Below, one piece after another: positions 1-11,280 of a DNA stretch of 64,000 nucleotides (position 1 is the stretch's first letter; the number at the start of each line of letters is the position of its first letter). Below the pieces are notes generated by a model. That model was not told where the DNA came from, ran no database searches, and was given only the letters and a program-made list of their open reading frames with translations. Location of the stretch: contig OZ316895.1 of the NCBI GenBank assembly GCA_973895155.1, positions 19,358,803 to 19,422,802 of the forward strand, read 5' to 3'. Made by a program: the position numbers and the translations under genes. Origin of the DNA: Marsupella aquatica (taxonomy: Eukaryota > Plantae > Marchantiophyta).

Positions 1-7
1 TGCAAAT

Positions 8-544
8 GTGCATTGTTGTTTCCTCCCGCTTGGTGAGGAGGAGAAGATGGTTCGAGGGTTCTTTGGCCATGGAGGGCTTGTTGACAAGCTATGTACCTCA
101 CAGACCGATTTCTTGATTGCAAATACGCGGAAACAGGCCGTGGAGCACTTCAGTGACTATGCTGGCTTGATCGAGCATTTCGCTGAAACCGTGCATTTCA
201 TCTCTACTCGGTGGGTAGAGTGCTCCATTCTTGCCAACAAGCAGTTGGATCCAGGAGAGTTCTTGTTGCATCCGAGTAGTGATCATGGTCTAGAAGATTC
301 GCCCGAGGATGATGATGGTGAGGCCTACCCTCCCACCTTGTCTAAATGTGACCTGTCACCCACTGAACTTCAGATTGCTATGTTTGATTACAAGGAAAGT
401 TGTGCAGCCGAGGTGGAGGCTCAGAGGCTACAGGCCGGTGAAGCTATTGTGCGGAAGAATTGGAATGCCAGCCAAAGGCGTGCTTCGTACAAGAAGAGGA
501 AAGTGGACAAGGAGTACTACTGGTCTGGAGAAGGGACTCCTTAA
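8..544 (+). CDS. BRCT-like domain protein, 3' portion (probable transposon cargo)
   Basis: GGLVDKLCTSQTDFLIA...VHFISTRWVECSILANKQLDPGEFLL matches the BRCT pattern (GG, THLI-like strand, WxxxC helix). The 5' part lies outside the window. Confidence 0.55.
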   Translation: MHCCFLPLGEEEKMVRGFFGHGGLVDKLCTSQTDFLIANTRKQAVEHFSDYAGLIEHFAETVHFISTRWVECSILANKQLDPGEFLLHPSSDHGLEDSPEDDDGEAYPPTLSKCDLSPTELQIAMFDYKESCAAEVEAQRLQAGEAIVRKNWNASQRRASYKKRKVDKEYYWSGEGTP

Positions 545-1193
545 TCAACATCAGTCTGGAGGGAGGGTGTAGAGGGATGACCATGACTCATGTAGGCTAC
601 ATTTGCAGTAGAAAGGATAGTACAGCTATTGTGTATCTCTATTTGGTCTATGTGCAGCAATAAACACATCCATGAGTGCTATTTGTCGCAACAATTGTGT
701 GGTTTGAATGTTGTATCTTTTTCCTGTGATTAACGTCGAGGAAAATTTAGTACGTTGACTGAACCGTCGTATCTAGTTATTAACGTCGTTCTACTTGAGG
801 TAATATATTTTCGTTGCGCCATCATCGTTAAGAACGTCGTTTTCACCGTGTTACGACGTATAGAAGGACGTTAATAAACCCTTATAACGTCGGCTGATGG
901 TTCGGTACACGACGTTAACTACCATTACGGTGAATTGGCGTAGCTATAAACGACGTTAGAGAATTTGGTATCGACGTAAATTGTTTTGGACGACGTTAAT
1001 GATAGTTATCCCTTGTAGCAAAAGGCCGAGGGATCATGTCCATAAATGTATGGTTATTACTTGTTTCTTTACCAAGTGATTAACAAGCCCATCCCACTCT
1101 ACAAATTGACAGATGCCTAGGCCATGAAATATGTCTGTTTATATGCGAACCGTGACAACAGTCAATACAAATGGGGATAGTGAGTCTATCATG

Positions 1194-4100
1194 TCAATCC
1201 TCCTCGTCTACAATAGCTGATGGCATGAAGCCCTTCCTGCGGCGTGGAAAGATGGGAATCACAATGGACCATCCTCCCATGCTGTGCATCGGAACCATAA
1301 TGCATTGATCCACTTGGCTAGGAAAAACTATAGTGTCACTAAACTCAGTCCCGCTTGGTGCAACACGGGTCGTGTCCACACGATAAAATCCACACTCATC
1401 CTTCACCATGGTAGCTCTTGCTGGAGGTGACATGATGGACTTGTGCCACCTCACCTCTAACACCGTGGTGGTAAACGAGCCAAAATTAACATCCAAAATA
1501 TCCAAGACAATGCCACAATAAGGAACCTCAACATCACCTACATCGGTCACCATATATACTCCAGAGTTACAAGTACTCTTCTTCATATGGTCCGTCCTCC
1601 AAGTCCGAAAGTGGTGCCCTGACTCATACATGTGAGTATGACTCATAGCCCACATCGAAGGCCCCCTAATGATGTTATGTACATCAATGGGAATGAATGT
1701 AGGGCCATGCACTGCAAGGAGCCCCTCCATGCGCTCCAAGGCCCATATGCGAAATGATGCATGAACACGGTCTTGTGCTGCCCCTATCCGCTGCTGCTCC
1801 ACCCATGCCTTGCAAGTATTGGGTCACATATACATTAGATCCCAATATGTGCCAACCACCTTGAATGTACATTTCAAATCTAAGTAGGACTCAACATGAA
1901 GGATTACGTCCCTACCTATACAACTCTCTCCAATCTGACATCTCGGTGCGGTTCTCCAACACATAATTGTGGATCTATCGGTGAAAAATGTCATCATGTA
2001 ATGATCGCTTCTTTGATGCGCCCATCACTCGCAACCCACCATTATCATCATCTTGTGCCTCTTCCCAAGCTGTGGGAGCTTGTTTGTCCAAACTCCCTAT
2101 CACCCCGCTTGAGTAGAACAGGCACTCCGATATAATATACCCTGTTGCCATACTTCCCGCTGGTCGAGCGGGTTTGGTGCACCCAAGACTTTAGCACTTT
2201 CATGAACCGCTCTACCCAATACATCCACCGCGCATGCACTGGACCAGCAATGGCTACCTCATCCACCAGATGACATAGCAAATGCAATTGCATGTCAAAA
2301 ATACATGGGGGAAACACCTTCTCCATATTGCACATAACACGGGCAGACCGTTCCCTCATCTCGGGAATCTCACTCTCCTTTATTTCCTTGGCGCATACCC
2401 ACCTGTAAGGGGTACTCAAGATTTTGTCAAATTATTAGTATGATAAACATATACAATGATCATATCATAAATATATGCCAACAAGACTATGCTAACCTGA
2501 AAATGGAGCACAACTCATATACTGTATGTCGGAGTAGGCGTCGCTCTCTAGAATCATCACAACAACGCAAGACAGCAGGTAACACATGCTGAATCAACTT
2601 GTGATAATCGTGAGACTTCAAGCCGATTGGGGGTATGTGGTCTTCCCTTGTAGTGCACCCACGGAAGCCGGCTCCGTAATGGCTAGGGAATTTCATTTCA
2701 CATATCATCCCGTTCATCTCCTTCAAAATCTGTTTTGGCAAAACCCAAGGAGCAGGTGGCTTCTCCCCATCTCGAGTTATCCAACAACTCTTGACCACTC
2801 CAACCTGCTTTGCATCCTCTCGGACCCCACGAGTATCATTCATCCCATAAATGTGCTTCACCAGGTTCTTGGCAACATTTACTTCAATATGCATGGGGTC
2901 CAACAACCATCGGATGTGGAGCCTCTACAAGATGAAGAACCAGGTTGTGCTAGTGAGAAACTCATAAATAGAATACTACAAGTCACTAACTTAAAATAGG
3001 TCCAATCTGATTTTACTTACCCTCCAATAAGGCAAGTCCCACAAAGCTGAGTGACGATTGACACCATAGTGCTTAGGTTGAAGTAACTTTGCCTCCACTT
3101 TCTCCGCCATTTGAATTTGACCCTCAGCTGAAGGCCCATTGGGACATGGCCTAAACTCAGTCTCAGCCCAATGTGTGGTGTTATGTCACAATATATTGTC
3201 CATTGGCAAACGAACCCTACTGCCCTCATATGTGGTTTTGTGCAGACGCTTGGAGTATCTCCCATGCAACTCAGGACCACATGAAGGGCAAGCTGAATAA
3301 CCGGCCACTTTCAAGCCAGATATTGTGCCCATACCTGTCAATGACACTTAAAACATTCAGGCCAAAATCCATTGTCACATGCAATAGAACCATGCACAAT
3401 GTATGTCTCAATTATTTCTATGACTGAGAATTACCTGGACCATCCATGGTGCAATGGGTGATCATTGCTCTCATATTAAATGTCCTCCCATTATCCGGTG
3501 TACGAGTCACATCTGTGGTCACTGCCCCAAACTCCCATAGCTTCTGCAACTCTTCATAAGCTGGAGCCAAACAAATGTCTGGATTTTTATAGGCCTGAGG
3601 ACCCGGAATGATAGCAAGGAGGAGAACATGACCCTTCTTCATCGCCAACCATGGAGGGATATTTTTATTGAGCAAAAGAACTGGCCATATGGACTTAGGC
3701 TTCCGTCGTTGCTTGTATGGGTTTACCCCATCTATTGCTAACCCCAATCGAATGTTCCTTGGCTCCCTAGAAAAATCCGGCCAAGTGCTGTCGATGTGCT
3801 TCCATGTTGGACTATCGTGGTGATACCACATAATCCCTGGTGGAGATTTGTTCTCAGCATGCCATGTTTGAAGTGCTGATAAATGTTTCCGTCGATAAAG
3901 ATGCTGTAGTCGGGGTGTGATCGGGAAATACCTGAAGACCTGCCATAAACAGTGTTACAAGCATCACTTCGACGTTAAATCAAAGTTAATTACGTCTCAC
4001 ACAACATAAATACACCTGTACAATGTAACATACGATGTAAAGTTTCTTAGCGATGTTAGTAACGTTGGCTACTTCAGTTTATGTCTTAATTAACAATGTA

Positions 4101-6623
4101 AATATATGTGTACCATGTAGTAGACGACGTAAAAACTAACAGGTGATTTGGAGACGTAAGTTACATCTTTAGAAAGGACGTACGTGTGCGTACATCAGAA
4201 ATGACGAGGAAAATGGGCAAAAATACGTTCTAACAAACGTAACACCACCAGGAGGAGGAGGACATCACCTTCTCTGGGATCTTTTTGCCGATGGTATTCG
4301 GTCGGTACCGTGGAAGCTTACATTGTGCCTCTGGGCACTCTATATGCTCAGAGTATGTCCCTTTGTACAGGATGCAACCACTTGGACACATGTGGATAGT
4401 CTCTAAAGCCAATCCAATTGAGGTTAACAACTTCTTAGCTTCCCTCACACACCCAGGGAGAGTGTTTGGTTGGGGCAATAGTTTTTGGTGGAATAGTTGG
4501 AATAGTGCATCTGTATGGACGTCTGAAGTGTTGAAAACTCCCTGCAAATTCAACATCAACAAAGTGGCACCCAACCTGCATTTGTGAAACCAGGGATTTG
4601 TATGCAATTAGTTTGAGGTATGACATTGGGTGTGGTAAGTAATGGTCGAAACATTGGGTGTGGTAAGTCATGGTCGACACATGATACTATTCAATCATGA
4701 GACTTACCGTGATGATGGAGAATCCAGGAAGAGTGGAGTTCTGGCTTCCATTTCCAACTGGTCCCAATCTTCCTGGTCTACTTCCATGGTAGGCCTCTCG
4801 CCCCGAGGTGCATGTGGTCCAAAGTGAACGTCCCAAGGTGGGCAAAAGCTTCCTCTTCAAGAATGGGTGCATCCCCCTCATCTCCATTGTCCTCATCAAA
4901 GTCTCCATCATATGCATCATGGTACTCCTCATGGTCACTATCCCCCTCAACATCTTCCTCATCATAAAAGTGCAGAGTGGCCCGTAGGTGAAAGTCACGC
5001 TCTGACATCATCATCATGGATGGGTGAGGTGTAGGGGTAATGTATGCACCATCCTACAATTGTTTAATACAATATTATAATCAAACAAATAATAAAATAT
5101 GATTTAATGCAATATGCAACAATGGGTCCATATATTCTGAATGTATCATGTCCATCCTCAATGCCAATCATAATCTACAAAAATCTCTTCCCTTGCTCAA
5201 ATGGTGCGGCTAGCATGGGTCAAGATGTAATGAGTACAAGTCTGTGGCAAACGAGGGTGGGTCTGGTCATGGTACTCGTGCCACTCAGCGTTTGGCCTAA
5301 AACCTAAACGCCGACAACCCACAGTGCTATTGATGTAACCTGCCAAGTTTCCAGTGCGGGGTGGATAACCATCCATCTGAGCATACCTAGGGTCTAGCTT
5401 GATAGACATGCCATATCGACCAAAGGTCGGACATTGTCGAGACAAGATGCGTCATCGCTGTGCAGAATACTTTGGCCCATAGAATGGAAAGAGCTGAGGC
5501 AAGTCCTCGGGCTGACAACCATCAAGGACCACAATATCTACAAGTGCAAATAATCCTAATCCTACATTGGGGCCCAATGTGGAGGGAAGGAGGACCCAAG
5601 GGCAGCCCCAGACTATGATAGGTTCCCTGATTGGAAGGTCCAATGGGAGCCCAAATTGGGTAGGAAATGAGTCCTTTATGATGTCCAAGGCTCTCCCACG
5701 TAACTCTCTCGGTTCCCGGGCACTAGATGCATCAAGAAAAGGGCAACGGGGTGGCCTCATCCTAGGCGGACGAGACTCCAACGACCGTGGTCTAGTACTG
5801 ACCACTACTCCCCTCTCAATAGGGTGCACCCATGCCACCCTCACCCTATCAAATACACGGTCTATTGCCCGTAAGGTGGCATCTAGTGCCGATGGGGGGA
5901 CCAGTGCAGAGAGCGCTCGATGTGCAACCTCTCTCATGCAGTCCTTAGGGGGAGACCGTACAATAAGAATCTGTTCCACATGTATGCAACAAAATTTCAA
6001 AAAGCGAGAAACATGAACATTGCTCAAGAAGCCAACCTACCCCAACCTAGTAAAAGTTAAAGTTACTCAAAATGGTTGTGCAAAAGGATAAAACTTACCT
6101 CTGGTGTCGGTGGAACATAACAATCGTGGATCCCTAAGTGGCTAACGATGGTAGTGCTCTCGTGAGATACAACGCCCTTGCATCGTCTACAAGGGCAAGG
6201 CATCTTGCGGACTGGTCCAATACCATGAAGAGCAGCCATGGCCGCTCCAAACCCCTCCTCCGCTGGCGAAGGTGAGTTGTATGCCTGGGGCTCACGTGAT
6301 CGCCGGCGACGGTGTGACCGATGATGGTGGCTCCTCTCTCTCCTTCCGTCCTCATGACTGGGACGGTGATGACGTCGAGATCCACTAGTCGTCCTCCGAG
6401 GCAATGACTAACGACCCCTGCTCTCTGGTGAATAATCCCTCCTATCCAGTGAGTCATCCCTCCACCTATCCGGCGTATAGTCCCTCCTCCTAACCAGTGA
6501 ATGATCCCTCCTCCTATCCGGCGAATAGTCTCTACCCCTATCACGATGCCGGTATCTGGAGCCAAGACTCGTATCCCCATCATCTCTCTCATCAGACAGA
6601 GAGTCCGATGCATAGATCACCAT
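1194..6623 (-). pseudogene. CACTA transposase (Transpos_assoc Zn finger + Transposase_21 + DUF4218 + DUF4216 type), multi-exon, with stops and frameshifts
   Basis: Motifs CPCRRC..SHL (~6130-6210); IHMCPSGCILY; RYFPITPRL; DSPTWKHID..EPRNIRLGLAIDGVNP; LDPMHIEVNV; GLKSHDYH; HLLCHLVDEVAIAGPVHARWMYWVERFMKVLK; NSGV..YCGIV..PSQVDQ. GT-AG introns link the pieces. Confidence 0.9.
5160..5970 (-). pseudogene. SET-domain (lysine methyltransferase-like) exon inside transposase intron 1
   Basis: ORFs 5452-6027 and 5197-5445 share one frame. Reading through the two TGA stops gives GLGLFALVDI..FPFYGP..DGYPPRTGNLAGYINS..PNAEW..ILTHASRTI*AREEIFVDYDW, all hallmark SET motifs in order. Confidence 0.8.
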
Positions 6624-7074
6624 GCCCTGCAACAAATTGAACTGTCTTTGATTAATGCGTAGGGAAGGATCCAAACCCTAAACCTACCACACAAACCCTA
6701 ACCCTAAAGTACAATGCCATACAGTATGTTACAAGGCCTTAACGTCGTTTTTCGAAGCAACCCTAACATTTAACATCGTCAATGGACCCGCAAACAATGA
6801 CCTTTAAAACACAAAGGACGATGTTTATCTAGATTAACGTTGTTAAGTATGATGTGTTATGTACGTCATTTCACCTAACGACATCTGTTACGACGTAAAA
6901 TCAGGAAAACGGCGGATCCGCAAGGTTAGGCATCCCCGGTCATTTCCTTTGGGAAACATCGAGGGAGTATCGAGGGAGTGTTTGAATGTGACTCACATTC
7001 AACATTCCCCACCTCTAGTCCTTACCTCTCCTTGCCTCCTCTACCTCACATAATCGCTCACAGAATAGTCTGCC

Positions 7075-9190
7075 ATGTCGTATCCAGGCTATCTTCCCTG
7101 TAGTGTGAACTTTGATGCACTGAAGGTGGGTTTGGAGGATCCAGAGGAGTTGGAGAAGGTGCATCGAGCCCTACGTTCGACACATTCACTAGTTCAAGCA
7201 TTCAACCACAGCTGGCAATTCATGGGAGGACAAGGAACAAAGGAGTCCAGGTTTATAGAATACCTGGAGAGTATTGAGGCCAACACTCCTGCCGACGAGG
7301 AGGGGGCCAAGATTGAGGAGGGGGCCGCGATTGAAGTGCCTGAATCCGTGCCCGAGCTTGATGGGGCATCGATTGATATGCTGCCTTCATTCCCGAGTCT
7401 ACCAGACGATGGTTGGGATGATCCTGCCTTCACTGGGATTCAACTAGATTCTCAGGCAGCAGCTCGAACTCCTATCAAGAGTCAAGTGACAATCCCACAT
7501 GAGAGATACAGGCCAGAAGATGATAGGAGGGACCATCGGCAACATAGGAGGAGGAGGAGGCAATCTCGTTCTTCGTCAAACAGCAGCACTGAAAGGAGAA
7601 GGCGAAAGGGGAAAGGATCCAATGACCACAATGCAGGCACTTCTAGCAAGAGACATAGGGGAGATCGACATACAGGAGCAGAGAGGAGAGAAGACCACTC
7701 ACGATCATTTCCTCCAGAGCGGCGACGTCCTTCTCAGCAAGCTGCAGCTGCTTCTGCCAACAGGGAGCACCTTCCCACCATCACCCTTGCCGCTTTTGAT
7801 GCTAGGCCGGACGTCATGGATAAGAAAGCACTCACGAACAGAGTGCAGACGTGCGTAGCTAAACACTATCCCGGTTGGACTACTTGGAAGGAGCTTGTGC
7901 ATAACCAGAAGAAGTTCCAATTGCTCCTGAATGATGTGCAGGCTGGATTCAGAAATGGGCGAGAGATTGACTACCGCCACATTAGGAAGAAGATCGTGAA
8001 TCACCTAGCTGATCGGCATTTCAGGTGGAGAGCCAAGGTCCAAAAACTGAGATGCTTGAGGACAAGGGATTACAAGAAACCTGATGGGATGAGTGAAGAG
8101 GACTTCAAATTGATTGTCTCCGAATTGGAAGCAGCCCCAGACACCCCAGTTGGCAAGCGAGTGCATATGGGAGACAAGGCCACTGCTGTTCGAAAAGCGA
8201 GTGGCAAGAAGGTGACTAATTTTTGGGGACAGGGAGGATGGGGAGGATTTCTTGCAACCTATGTAAGTGCAGTGACTCACTCTATACTCATTGAAGTCTG
8301 CATTCTGTGGTTGTGTGCTGCTGCGGTGAAATCCTGTGCTTTACATCGTTTTTTAGTATTAACGTCATCTTGGCCGCACATTACCTTCCCTCTTACGATG
8401 TTTTCTTAGACGTACCTTGCCTCTAACTATGTTAGCACTATATTAACGTCGTCCTGTCAACGTTAATACTATGGAATCACCCTGAATGTCTTAATGGACG
8501 ACGTATGTATTAGTAACGTCGTATGATGATAGGTAAATCACCCTGAACGACGTAACTTCCCTTTGCTGCAGAAGCGGAAGTATGGCCGAGATGTTGAGCC
8601 GAGTGAGCAGGAGTGGCTATACTCTAAGCGATATGGCCCGGCAGCCCTATGGGCAAAGCTTGACTCTGTTCCGGAAGACCACCCGGTAAGTGTGCTAGCT
8701 TGTTCAGTACCATTCCATAGACCTAGACTAAAACTGTGTCATGCAAACCTAGACTAAAATTGTATCTTGTGCACAGGTGGATTGGACTGCACCAGAGGGT
8801 TTAGTAGCACGACCCATTGAGGAGGATGAGGAGCCCAACACTGTAGCCCTGGAGGAGGGTACCTAGGAGGAGGACCCAGTACCTTGCGGTCAGCAGGGCT
8901 CCACTTCTCGTGACCTTTTCCCTGCACTAGAGACTCATAGGGCCAGAGGACAAGGAAGGGAGAGACAGAGGGAGGAGGGAGATAGAGATAGAGATAGAGA
9001 TAGGGAGAGATAGAGATAGAGAGAGGAGAAGGAGGAGTGGTGAGAGGCGGTCCACTAGGGTAACACATAGCACCAGGCAGATAGTGCCAAAACCTAGAGG
9101 CAAGGCTCCACCCTCGGCTGCACCGGAACCAGAAGGCAGTAGCAGTGCCTCAAAGCAGGATGCCCAGCAGTATCAGTTGCGTCGGTGACG
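7075..9190 (+). CDS. CACTA second ORF (TnpA/Ptta-like accessory protein, spliced; 3' end degraded)
   Basis: 444-aa ORF with Arg/Ser-rich and W-containing helical regions (TTWKEL, KPDGMSEEDF, WGQGGW). Donors near 8262 and 8686, acceptors near 8571 and 8776. Divergent from the transposase. Family assignment is inferred from position. Confidence 0.55.
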
Positions 9191-10075
9191 AGGCGGAGGA
9201 TCGAGACGTGATAGGCCCCATTCTCAACGACATTAGGTTGTAGGTATTTCAGTAGCAGGAGGTCCTCCATGCATTATGTACATATTTTTTGCCATTTTGA
9301 TTCAGGCCACCCATTTGTGGTGGCACCTCATTCCGGGTTACAATATGTCAAAACACATGGTTATATTGTGTGTGAGCTGAACCCTAACAAGGACCCCACC
9401 CAGACAGTGCAATGTGTAATAGGATGTATGTACTCCCGTATACGTCCTCCTTTATAAGACCTTTAACCACCACAGTACATCGTTGAGCCCTACATAAGCC
9501 AACGTACGTCGCACAACAAGAGCACGATATATCGTCCCCTACTATGTCAACTTACCCAAACGTCTCAAAAGAGGTCATAATATACCGGCCACGGACAACG
9601 CTAAAATAATACGACGTTTAGTGCATTGCACATTACGACGTACTAGACGTGGTTAATGTTTCATTACGTAGCCTGACACGACGTTTATGGGTAAACTTAC
9701 ACACGAGCATTGGCCATATTTTACGTAGCCTAACACGTTGAAAAATCATATACCTCCTATTGTACGACGTTAAGAACAATGTTTTGGACGTGGTAAAGAG
9801 CGTCTCCCCAAACATGGTAATTAACGTCGCTCTATTAATGTCGTGAATGAGGTCTTTCCTCCTCCGGCCATATACGTCGTGATTAACGTCTTCTAAAAGT
9901 CCGTTAATCAGCCGTAAAATGTAGTTGTGTACACTCTAACACTACCTAGAATGGTGTGACACAATGCATGATTGGATCTGATTTGGACATCAAGCAAAAA
10001 ACATGCACATGTGCAACCGAGTCCTTGTTGTCCTGCAAACATTGTCACACAGCTACAAATAGCGTTGCTTGCTTG

Positions 10076-10345
10076 TTTTCACAAAGAAAATGGACCTCCC
10101 TTGCCGATTCAGTCCGCCAACCAGCGCCACATAGTTGTCATAAAGAAAATGGACCTCCAAAGCCAATTTAGTCCTCCAACCAATGTCGCTTTTTTCACAA
10201 CAAAAATGGACCTCCAAACTTGCAGCGGCAAAATCCTCTAGGCCTCCATAGTCTACTCAAGATCAAGCTCAAGATCCAACGTCACGGCAGCGCACAATAG
10301 TCCTCCCAGTTGTCACAAAGAAAATGGGCCTCCAAACTTGCAGTA
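10076..10345 (+). repeat. Dispersed direct repeats TCACAAAGAAAATGGACCTCC (4 copies)
   Basis: Near-identical copies at about 10079, 10138, 10195 and 10313. Confidence 0.75.
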
Positions 10346-10869
10346 CCCCTCCCGGCCTCCACAGTCTACTACGGATCAAGGTCGGAACAACTAGAGGAGT
10401 CCTTTGATTTCTCACAAGCAAAATGCACATTGAGTTTGAAACTCAATGTTTGCGCATTTTGGTGGTTCGTCGACCATCCCTGGGCCCTCATTCTTGCTTC
10501 AGCTTCCACCCTCGACGCTACAACCGCCACCCAAATCTTTTCTGGCCATTGGATCTAAACCCTAGGCATCAATGGCCCTTGCAAACCCCAAGTGGGATCA
10601 TGGGTCCCCTAACCCATTTTAGACCCTGCCCCCAATAAACCCAAAACACAATCCTCGACAAAACCTAGCTTCACAAGAAGTTTTTTTAGAATGAAGTTTG
10701 GTTAGAGTTGGGCAAAAATGAAAACATGCATGTTGAGGCAAAAATGCATTCTTACACACTAAAAACAAACTTGTGTCCCAATTACAAGTAGACAGGTGGA
10801 CCAATACATACATTACGCGTGTTGCACATACATTTGGCACTAAGAACCCTAACTTTCTTGGACACCTTT

Positions 10870-11023
10870 CATGGAATATGCCTATTTTTCTTTAAATCGG
10901 TCCAACAATTAAAATGGATCCTATTGTTCTTCCATGAAACTTCAGAAGTCTTTCGCCAAACCCAATTAAATGGCCCTATACTTTGTCACACGTGATGTGG
11001 TACATGGAAGTGATCCTCCTAAG
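10870..11023 (+). mobile_element. Partial copy of the CTCGGGGG-TIR MITE family
   Basis: Similar to 60040-60193 (ccctattgttcttcc..gaagtctt..ttgtcacacgtgatgtg..ggaagtga). Confidence 0.6.
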
Positions 11024-11280
11024 ACTATAGCTAGTGGAGCTACTGTAGCGTGTACACTGTAGTTAGTGAAACAACTAATTATGTTCCATATATTGTAGCT
11101 ACTATAGATGGTTTACTGTAGCTAAAAAAGTTATTTAAAGTCTAAATCTTATAATATAAGTGCTAAATTACTTACATAATCTATAACATATTAAAACAAA
11201 CAATTTTCCATATAATAAGAGAAAATCATGACATAGGGCATGAGAATTGCGCCAGCCAAATCAGAATGGGCTAAGGTACT

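Larger units (their letters stand above)
1..9929. mobile_element. CACTA/EnSpm DNA transposon (degenerate; left end probably outside window)
   Basis: Spliced Tnp2/TnpD-type transposase on -, divergent second ORF on +, repeated TTAACGTCG-type motifs, and a candidate right end TGTAGTTGTG at 9920-9929 (reverse complement CACAACTACA). Boundaries are inferred. Confidence 0.8.
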
